Assembly (NCBI GenBank): GCA_026391255.1
Contig: JAPLDU010000057.1
Coordinates: 6,973-70,972, forward strand
Source: Bacteroidia bacterium
GTDB lineage: Bacteria > Bacteroidota > Bacteroidia > Bacteroidales > JAPLDU01
Reading direction: 5' to 3'
DNA: 64,000 nt
The position numbers and the translations under genes were made by a program. Under the pieces are notes generated by a model. It worked only from the letters and a program-made list of their open reading frames with translations, was not told the origin of the DNA and made no database searches. Positions 27,631 through 39,600 of this stretch are shown here, piece by piece (positions within the stretch are counted from its first letter, which is position 1; each line of letters starts with the position of its first letter).

Positions 27631-30600
27631 CCCTTGTAGCTTCTTCGTCTGCTACTCCGATTTTGTGCAACGGCGGAACTTCTACTGTATCAGTTTCAGC
27701 TTCGGGTGGTACCACTCCATATTCCGGAGTCACTGATTATACTGTAATTGCAGGTTCATATACTTATTCAGTAACCGATGCTAACGGATGTACAGCTATA
27801 ACTAGTATTACCATCACTCAACCTGGCGCTCTTGCATTAGCCCCAACCATTCATAACGGACATTGCTTTAACGCAAATGACGGATATATTCACCTGCTTA
27901 TTTCCGGTGGAGTAACTCCTTATGCAATTCTCTGGTCAACTTCGGAAACTACCGCCAATATTGATAACCTGGCAGCCGGTGGCTATCAGGTTAATGTTAC
28001 AGATGCCAATGGTTGTCAGATATCCGGTTCTTACGAGATATCTCAACCACCCGCATTAACTGTACAGGCACATGGCACTGACCTTACATGTTACCACAAT
28101 TACACAGGTGTGGTATGGGCGGTCGTCGGAGGAGGTACTACTCCATATTCATATCATTGGATAAATTCTGCCACTACCGATACTGTTAATGGCTTAACCA
28201 TCGGATACTATTCGGTGGTCGTAACAGATGCCAATAACTGTATTGCTTCATCTGATATTATTATTAATGAACCTGATTTACTCATAATTTCCCTGAGTAC
28301 CACTAACGTACCCTGCAATGGAGGAACAGGTACCATTACCAGTTTTGTCCAGGGTGGTTCGGGACAATATGCATATAACTGGTCAAACGGAGCTACCACT
28401 GCAAATCTGACTGTTGTTGCCGGTACCTATATAGTAACGGTGACCAGCGGTGTTTGTATTGTTAAAGATTCGGCGACTATTGTCCAACCACCGGTGTTGC
28501 GCGCTCAGATTGATTCAATTCATAATGTGATGTGCTATGGTGATCATAATGGATACATTTATGTTACAGTTTCCGGTGGTGTTACTCCATATGCTTATAT
28601 TTGGACCAACGGAGCCACAATTGAAGATCTTACCGGGCTCAACGGAGGAAGCTATCAATTAACGGTTACGGATATGAATAACTGTCATGTGACTCTCAGC
28701 CAGACAATCAGTGAACCTTTAGCTCCCTTAACGACAGCAATTTTCGGTACAAACCTGCTCTGTTATAATGATTTTACCGGCACTGACAGTTTAGCCATCA
28801 GTGGCGGAACTACACCATATTATATATATTGGAATAACGGAGCAACAATTCAGAAACTGAATCATGTGGCTTCAGGAAATTATTCAGTGACTGTGACTGA
28901 TGCTCATGGTTGCACTTCTATCCAGAGTAATACTCTTACCCAACCATCTGAGATCATTGTCCAGACTGCTGTATTAAGTAATGTTTCCTGTTATGGCCTG
29001 CACGATGGTGCAGCATATCTTTCATCAATTACCGGAGGCGTTACTCCTTTTACAATCCAATGGACAGGTCCGAATAATTTTACATCTTCCGATCAGACTA
29101 TTAACAATCTGTACGCAGGAACTTATTATGTTAATGTGTTTGATGGAAACAATTGTCCTGCTACCATACACCCATCTGTAACTGTTACACAACCAGATCC
29201 ATTAGTAGTGACATATTATAAGCAGAATGTCGATTGTTATGGAAACAGCACCGGCGGAATTGATATTACCGTGACGGGAGGAACAACTCCTTATATTTAT
29301 GCCTGGAGTAATTCTGCCACAACCCAGGATATTACAGACCTGAGCGCAGGTAGTTACACCTTAACCCTTACTGATTATCACGGTTGTATTGTTGATACAA
29401 CAATTACCATATATCAGCCTGATGCACCATTAATGATTAGTACTTATTCAGTCCACAATGTAAATTGCTTTGGAGGAAACGACGGTTATATTAATATTAC
29501 AGTAACAGGTGGTACCACTCTTTATAGCTACCAATGGTCAAACGGTGAATCTACACAGACTACCACAAATCTGGCTGCCGGAGTGTATAGTGTGACTGTT
29601 ACTGATGCCCATGGATGCAAGGTTTATATGACGTTTGATGGATTCGATGAAGTCACTCAGCCGGATGCTCCACTAGCTCTGGATTATGAGGTTACCGATG
29701 TCAGTTGCAACGGTTTTAGTGACGGTAATGTTTCCCTTACTATTACAGGTGGTACACCTCCATATATAAAAGACTGGTATGATCACCTTCATAATGTTAT
29801 AGGTCATAATGCTTATATCGATGGAATTCCTGCGGGTAATTACAGTGTGGTAGTGACGGATGCAAATAATTGCGTTATCAGCGCTCAAATGACTGTTAAT
29901 CAACCAGTACTTCTGACTTTATCAGATTCTACATCTCATTATCACCAGTTCCAGGTCAGTTGTTACGGATCAAGTGATGGTTGGATTACAGTAATTCCTG
30001 CCGGTGGTACTTCTCCATATACTTATCTTTGGGACATTGGTTCTACAGTTGCTCATATCACTGGCCTTGCTGCCGGTTCATATCATGTTACTGTAACTGA
30101 TGCACACGGTTGTATTTCAAATATCACCGTTGTCCTTAACGGGCCAACTCCTGTTCAAATCCCCGAGCCTGTTCTTGTGAACATTTCATGTCATGGCGGA
30201 AACAACGGATCAATAAATATTTCACCGCTGGGCGGAACAGGTGTGTTTACTTACTACTGGACAGGTCCGAATAATTTTACAGCGTATTCCCAAAATATTA
30301 ATAACCTGTATGTTGGGACCTATTATATTACCGTTACTGACCAGAATGGTTGCAATGCTGATGCTAATTATTCACTTTCAGAACCGGAAGCATTACAATT
30401 AAGTTCAGTGTTATCTAATTACAATGGATTTAATGTTAACTGCTATGCCAATAACGACGGTTACATCAATACCACCATCAGCGGTGGAACATCTGGATAT
30501 ACATATCATTGGAGCAACGGAGCAACCACAGGTAATATTATGAACCTGTATGCCGGTAATTATTCTCTTACGGTGACTGATGCTCATGGTTGTATTATTA

Positions 30601-33600
30601 CCGGAGCCTGGACACTTACAAAGCCTGATCTATTGATTGCACAGGCCAATATTACATCAAATTATCACGATCAAAATATCAGTTGTAACGGTGCCAATGA
30701 TGGTGCTGCCTGTGTAGTTGGCCAGGGAGGCCTGACTCCTTACACTTATTTATGGTCAAATGGCGCTACTACATCATGTATTAGTGGTTTGCAGCCGATA
30801 AGCTACAATGTTACCATTACAGATTTCAATGGATGTGTAAGCAATAGCAATGTTGGCGGCAATTTACCGTGGACTTACAACGTAACTGAGAATTCTGCTG
30901 TTATTTTACTTCAGACCAATACGGTATTATTAATAGGCAGCCCTGCTCAGCCAATAGCCGTTGGCGATTACATCGGCGTATTCTATACCAATGGCGGTAA
31001 CCTCGTTTGTGGTGGTTACATGTTATGGAACGGATCGAATAACTCTATCACCGCCTGGGGAGATGATCCAATCACCGTTGGTGTGAAAGAAGGTTTTGCT
31101 CCCGGTGAAACATATACCTGGAAAATCTGGAGACCATATTTTGGTGAATTTAATGCTACTGCTGCTTATATTCCTATCATTCCTCCAAATCCACCTTTTT
31201 CAGCTACTTCTCATTATTCAAACGATGGAATATCCGGCCTTTTAAGCTTAATTTCGACTGAAACACTGAATATCACTCATACCGTGATCCAGCTACATCA
31301 GCCGGCTGCTCTGAGCTTATCGTTCAATACTACCAATGTTCTTTGTTCCGGCGGTTATTCCGGATCAATCAATCTTACTGTTACCGGCGGAACTATGCCT
31401 TATACATATTTATGGTCTCCCGGAGGCGCTACTACTCAAAATATAAATGCATTACAAGCTGGTATGTATTATGTAACCGTAATGGACGTCAATAATTGTT
31501 CTGTCACCGGATCGGTTCAAATAACCAGCCCGGAACCACTTTCATACGAGATAATTACTAATGATGTATCATGTTACGGTGGATCAGATGGAAGAGTACA
31601 AATAATTCCTTCCGGCGGTGTTTCTCCATATACATTTAACTGGGGAGGTTATAATCCTGTAGCATTGGCTGCCGGAACCTATAATGTAACAATTACTGAT
31701 CATAATAACTGCCAGCAGGTGGCAACGTTTGATATTTATCAGCCTTCAGTGCCTATGACTCTGCAGTATCAGGCAAACAATGTAACCTGCTACGGGTATT
31801 CCAATGGTTCAATATCACTCTCAGTTGAGGGAGGGACTATAACACCATGTGGTCATTATAGTTTTTCCTGGTCTGGCCCGAATTATTATTTTAATGAATC
31901 ACAAAATATAAATAATCTCATCGCTGGTATATATACTGTTACTGTTACCGATTGCAATGGTTGTATAAAAATTCAAAGTGTGACAGTCGGACAACCGGAT
32001 GCAATTACTATACCGGGTTTAATCTCTAATTATAGTGGTTATGGCGTTAGTTGCAACGGTTCAGCCGATGGATCAATAAATATAACTGTAATGGGTGGCA
32101 CTACACCATATATTTATATGTGGGATAATTTAGCAACAACAGAAGATATGTCAGGTTTGACTTCAGGTGTTTATAGTGTGATAGTTCATGATGTTAACAA
32201 CTGTATGGGAAGTGCCAGTTTCTCGTTAACTGAACCCGCTCATATCACATTGAGTGCTGTTGCTACATCATCATTTGTTGTTAATGGAAATACTTACAAT
32301 ACTACCTGTAATGGGAATAACGGTACTATTAGCTTGTCTGTCAGCGGTGGTTCTGGAATTTATTTCTACCATTGGTCATATGGACAGACCACTCAGAATC
32401 TGAATGGTGTTCCGGCGGGATATTATACTGTTACAGTTACTGACAGCAACGGATGCCAGGCTGTTTCAAATACTGTGAACCTCACAGCTCCCGGCCCGCT
32501 CGATGTTACCTTGAGTTCAGATAATTTCAATGGTTATCAGATACAATGTAATGGTATGACTGCCAATTTGTACCTGAACTGGTCAGGTGGTGCATCACCT
32601 TATAATATATACTTTAATAACGGAGTATTTGCCATGAATGTAACCGGTAACACCTATTCACATTCCGGCTTTGCACCTGGTACTTACTGGGCTGCAATTT
32701 ATGATCATAATGGATGCGGAAGGTTATCAAATCAGTTTACTGTAACTCAGCCAGCTCCAATTCAGTTCCCTCCAAATGCTGTTACAAGTGTTAGTTGTCA
32801 TGGCGACGGTGATGGTTCCATTAATCTTACAAATATGTTGGGTGGCGTTCCTCCTTTCACTTATCAATGGGATTATAATGCTAACTGGTCAACTGCTGCA
32901 CAGATTACAGGATTACCTGGTGGATCATCATACTATGTTGTTGTATGGGATGCTAACGGTTGTTCGGAAGGAACCACATTTACCATACCTGAACCTGCTC
33001 CTTTGGTGTATCTCAGTAATACAACAGGAAATGTTTCCTGTTACGAAGGATCAAACGGACATATTACACCATCTGTATCCGGTGGTACATTACCATATTC
33101 CTACACTGCCATGAATCAGAGCAATGTCTTGTTTAACCAGATAATTGCACTACCAGCCGGGACATATTCCGTTACTGTTACAGATGCACATGGTTGTACT
33201 GCTGTAATGAATGGTATTGTAATAACCCAGCCGGTTATGTTAATGGCTTCTTCTTCTTCTACAAGTATTTTATGCCACGGAGGTAATTCAACAGTCACTG
33301 TTTCTGCTACCGGAGGCACATTGCCCTATACCGGAACAGGAACATATACAGTTGTTGCAGGTACTTATTCCTACACGGTTAGTGATGCTCTTGGATGTAA
33401 TTCAGTTACAACAATCACGGTTACAGAACCAACTGTTCTTACTGCTTCTTCCGTAGCTACTCCGATTTTATGTAATGGTGGAAATGCCACTGTAACTGTT
33501 ACTGCTTCGGGAGGTACTGGTTTAATTAGCGGAACAGGTACATTTAACAGAACTGCAGGTACATGGTCATTTACAGTTACAGATGCCAATGGTTGTACAG

Positions 33601-36600
33601 CAACTACATCAGTAACTATTGCACAACCAACACCTGTTGTTGTTGAATTATCAGCTACTCAAATTGCCTGTTATGGTGGCAACTCAACAGTTACCGTCAG
33701 TGCAACCGGAGGAACAGGTACATATACCGGAACAGGTACATTTACCAGAACATTTGGAACCTGGTCGTTTACAGTGACAGATGCCAATGGTTGTTCAGGA
33801 TCATCAAGTATTACCATATCACAGCCCACTCAACTGACTGCTTCTGCTTCAACAACCATTGTTTCGTGCAATGGCGGAAGTGACGGAACCATCACATTAT
33901 CAGTTTCCGGTGGTATTACTCCTTATTCGTTTAACTGGGCTGATGGACCTACCACACAAAATCGCAGTGACCTTACTGCCGGAACCTACTATGTAGTGGT
34001 TTATGATGGAAACGGTTGTTTTGTTGATGTAAATGCAACTATAACAGAAAATACATTATTGCATGCTATTGCAAATCCGGGTGTTATCTTATGTCAAGGT
34101 GGCAGTACAAATGTTGTTATCACGGCTACAGGAGGAACAGTACCATATTCAGGAACCGGTACTTTTACCCAGTCAGTTGGAAGTCACACATATACAGTAA
34201 CTGATATTAATCAATGCACAGCCAATATCTTGGTTACTTTAACGGAACCTGCTTTATTGCAAGCTATAGCAACTCCTGGTTTTATTCCATGTCATGGAGG
34301 CAGTACCAGTGTTGTTATCACCTCAACAGGTGGAATCGGAATAGTTACAGGAACCGGTACATTTACTCAGTCTGTGGGTAGCCACACATACACTGTGACG
34401 GATGCTAACGGATGTACTGCTTCTACTATCGTTACATTAACTGAACCTGCTACCCTTGCTTATACATTAACCATTAACTCTCCATTATGCCATGGAAGCA
34501 GTGATGGTTCAATTGACCTGAATGTTACCGGAGGAACAACTCCTTATACCTTTATTTGGAATACAGGTGCAACCGATCAGAATCTGACAAATATCGGCGT
34601 TGGCAGTTATTCAGTTACCATATATGATATGCATTCATGCTCTGTCAGCGGATCATTTGTTGTAACGCAGCCTAATGCATTAGGAATACAATACAGTATA
34701 ACAAGTTCGACCTGCGGGTTATCTGATGGTGAGATATTAATTACCGGTTATTCCGGTGGTACTGCACCATATTTGGTAACCTGGGCTCATACTGTTTCAC
34801 ATAACCCGATACAACTCTATCTTGCTCCCGGAAATTATTATGCAACCATTACAGATGCTAATAATTGTGAACTGACTCAAGTATTTACAGTTGTTAACTT
34901 TAATCATTTGTCCTTTGTAACTGCTCCAATTCATAATGTCAGTTGTTTTGAAGGAAATGACGGATCAATTACCCTTTCTGTTTCGGGTGGCTTCCTTCCT
35001 TTGACCTATTTATGGTCCAATGGTGAAACCACACAGAATGCTGTTAATCTGACGGCAGGTTTTTACACAGTTACGGTTATTGATGCAAACGGATGTACAG
35101 GAACTACCAGTGCCACTGTGATACAGGCACCCAGCCTTCTGCACTCCAGTATTTCTTCATCAGCAGTTTCTTGTCCCGGAGGTAGTAATGGTGCTTTGGA
35201 TCTAACAGTACTTGGTGGCTTAACGCCATATACATATCATTGGAATACAGGAGCTACAACCGAAGATCTCAGCAATCTGCCGGCAGGTAATTATTCTGTA
35301 ACTGTGACTGATTACTATGGTTGTCAAAACATTCCGACAGCTACTGTTGAGCAGCCTCCTGTTATTCAGGCAACATTCGTAAAATCTAATTACAACGGTT
35401 ATAATATAAGTTGTTTTGGTTCTGCTACAGGGAGTATCGATATGACAGTTATCGGTGGTACAACTCCTTATACTTATCTCTGGTCAACAGGTGCTACCAC
35501 ACAAAACCTTGCCAATACGTCAAACGGCAATGCTTCAAATGTGACTTACACCGTTACCATTACCGATCATCATGGTTGCACCCAAACAGCCTCTACCATA
35601 ATGACTCAGCCTGGTACTCCGAACCTGCAGTTTACTCATCCACCTATCACAACTTGCTATGGTGATCCGATAGGACATATTACGCTGACGGTGACATTTA
35701 CTGGATTAACTCCTCCTCCTCCATACACATATCTCTGGTCAAACGGTGCTACAACACAAAGTTTAACGAATATACCAGGAGGAATATATTTTGTAACATT
35801 CACCGATGCTAACGGATGCCAGACAATGACCCAGACAACTCTTATACAACCTACTCAGGTAATTGCTACTGCAACTACGACTACCAACTTTAACGGTTAT
35901 AATGTTAGTTGTTTCGGTTCATCTAATGGCGCTGCCATTGTTAATGCAACTGGTGGTAATGGTCCATATACATTTAAGTGGAGTGATCCATCCGGTACTA
36001 CAAATCAGACAATTTCAGGAATTACTGCAGGTACATTTAACGTTACCGTTACCGACTCTCATACTTGTACAGCAACCTCTTCAGTGATACTTACCCAGCC
36101 TCCGGCTATCACATTATCGTCGCAAATTACAATCGTGAATTGCAATGGTAACAATACGGGCGCTATTGACGTTACTCCCGGCGGAGGTGTTTTACCTTAC
36201 TTATTTCAGTGGTCTAACAGTTCGACAACACAGGATATTTCAAACCTGGTTGCCGGATTTTATTCTATCACACTTACTGATGCAAATACGTGTACTGCTT
36301 CTGCAAGTTACCTTGTTACTCAGAGTTCAGCTATCAATATCACTAATCCGGTGATTACTAAAGTCAATTGTTACGGTAGTGCGACCGGAATGATCAGTAT
36401 TACAGTATTTGGAGGAAGTTCGCCTTACGACTTTAACTGGTCAAATGGTAGCACTGTTCAAAATCCTTCGGGACTGTTAGCCGGGCCTTATAATCTTACG
36501 ATAACAGATGCACATGGATGTACTAAAACAGCTTCTTATACAGTTACCACGAATCCTCAGTTAACATTATCAGGGCCGATTAACAATGTTTCCTGTTTTG

Positions 36601-39600
36601 GAGGTAATAATGGAGCTATTAATATTATAGCTGGAGGTGGTGTAACACCATATTTATATATTTGGAGTGACGGACCTACTTCTCAAAACAGATCAGTCCT
36701 TGTTGCAGGTACGTATAATATCACTGTTATTGATGCCGCATTATGTAGTATTACCGGTTCCTTTATCGTTACTCAGCCAGACCAGTTAATTGCCGATGAT
36801 GTCATTACAGACGTAAGTTGTTACGAGGGTACGAATGGCGCAATTAATCTGACTGTTACCGGTGGTACGACTCCATATTCATACGTTTGGAGCAATGGAG
36901 CACATACTAAAGATATCAGTAACCTGGTTGCAGGTAATTACTCTGTGGTAATCACAGATACTCATTCATGTACAATCAGTGGAGCTTATGTTGTGAATCA
37001 ACCTCCAATTTTCCTGGCAAATACTCAATTAGTATCAGGAATCAGTTGTTTCGGCTCCAGTGACGGAGTAGTAACTGTGGTTGAGACCAATGGTGTTGCT
37101 CCATTTACCTATCTTTGGAGTAATGGCGGTTCTACAGCCACAATTTCAGGACTTGCTACCGGAACTTATTCTGTTACGGTAACCGATGCCCATGGTTGTG
37201 TAGCTAATAGTGTTCTTCCTCCATTCCCATGGAATTTTACGGTTACCAGTACAAATCATACAATAGCAATTCAACCTTCAACAGTATTTGATATTGGCGG
37301 AAGTAATATCCAGATAGGTGACTATATCGGAGTTTTCTACAACTATGGCGGTACTTTACATTGTGGTGGTTATGTACAGTGGACAGCTGCCAGTGCTTCC
37401 TTTGGTACTTCCCTGGCTGCCTGGGGAGTTGACGTAAGTGGTGATGGATTCGTATCTGGTGAACCATTTAACTGGAAAATATGGCGTTCAAGCTTTGGAT
37501 ATGATGTGAATGCTACTGCTGTAGCCAATCCGTTATTTGACCCGTTCAATTTTAATAACGGCTCACTAAGTGCTCTTCAATCACTCACTGTCAGCCCGTC
37601 GGATATTCCGACTGATCCTAATCAGATTACATTAACACAACCTACACCTGTAACAGCAGCCATATATATGATATCCTCTCCGATAACATGTGCCGGTGGT
37701 GTTACTTCACTTATTGCTGCTCCTGCCGGTGGTACAGCTCCTTATTCATTCCTCTGGAGTAATAATGTCACTACCCAGACTTTGAATAATATACCTGTTG
37801 GTACATATTACCTTACGGTTACTGATGCTCATGGATGTACCGGAACAGCTCAGTATATTGTTACCGGACCTGATCCGTTTGCATTTAGTTACTCAGTTAA
37901 TGAACCTTCCTGCTATGGATATTCCAATGGTTCTGCAGATGTGACGGTTACTGGTGGTGCTTCACCTTATACGATTATCTGGACTACCATAGGCCAGTTC
38001 GGAACCCATGCTTCCAACCTTTCTGCAATAACATATCCGTTATTTATCATTGATAGTCATAACTGTACCGGATACTCATCAGTATCTGTTGCTCAACCTG
38101 ATGCAATCAGCCTGTTTACAACTGTAACCAATATTAATTGTAATGGATCTGCAACCGGAGCTATTACCCTGGCTGTTACAGGAGGAACATCGCCTTATAC
38201 TTACAACTGGTCTAACGGAGCTACAACTAAAGATATCAGCGGACTCGTTGCTGGCACATACACAGTAATAGTCACTGATTTAAACGGTTGTACATCATCA
38301 ACTAGTGCAACTGTCACTCAATCTGCTGCAATAGGAATAACATATGTGGTTACTGACAATAACTGCAATTATAACCAGATTGGTGCTATTAATATCACAG
38401 TTACGGGAGGTACTTCACCTTATACTTATTCCTGGTCAAACGGAGCGACAACTGAAGATATCAGTGGTCTTACTTCAGGAACTTATCATGTGGTTGTAAC
38501 AGATGTTAATGGTTGTACCGGAAGTACAAGTGCCACGGTTTCTATTATTAATCCTCTGTTTGAGACTTTAAAGATTATAACCCCGGTGAGTTGTGCTGAA
38601 GGGAATAATGGTTCTGTTCATATTGTAATCAATTTTGGTCATAATAATATTACCTGGAAAGATTTCAACAATGTTACCCTTACTACTTCATATGATGCTG
38701 CTTCATCAACCTTAAGTAATGTCATTTCCGGTATTTATTATGTAAATGTATACAACCTGATAACCGGCTGTACATTGCTTGATACTGTTGAAGTTACCGA
38801 ACCGGATCCTCTCACATATGATGCAGTTGTCACCAATGTAAGTTGTTACAAGGGTTCAAATGGCGGAGTTGACCTGACTGTTTACGGAGGAACTACCCCG
38901 TATACCTACCAGTGGTCAACCGGAGCTGTAAATCTTGGAACTACACAGGATCTGACTAATAAAAAGGCAGGTACTTACAAAGTTATTGTGACTGATGCAC
39001 ATGGTTGTACATTTGATGCAATATTTACTCTTACCCAGCCTACTAAGATTACCCCAAGCGTATTGATTTCCAACCTGAATTGCAACGGCGATCAGTCTGG
39101 CAGTATTGATCTGAGCGTCAGCGGTGGTATTACTCCTTATTTATACAACTGGAGTACCGGAGCTCATACACAGGATATTTCAGGATTATCCGGAGGAACA
39201 TATGTTGTGTCAGTAACTGATGAAAATGGTTGTGTTGTTGTAAATACATCCGTAGTGACTGAACCTGCTGTTCTTGCTGTTACAATGTCAGGAGTGAATG
39301 TCAACTGTTATGGTGGTAATGACGGCCATGCAACAGCATTAGTATCAGGCGGAACAACTCCACCTATTAATTTTGTCTGGAGCAACGGAGGAAGCAATGA
39401 TAATATTTCAGGGATATATGCAGGTACTTATTATGTAAGTGTTTATGATGCTAACGGTTGTAATGCTTTGAATTCAATTGTAATTACAGAACCTCCACAA
39501 TTGACTCTTAGTGTAATTCAGGATGTATTCAACAGCGGCTCATTCTGTGAAGCACTTGCAACTGCCGGTGGTGGTTCACCCTCTTATACTTATCAATGGT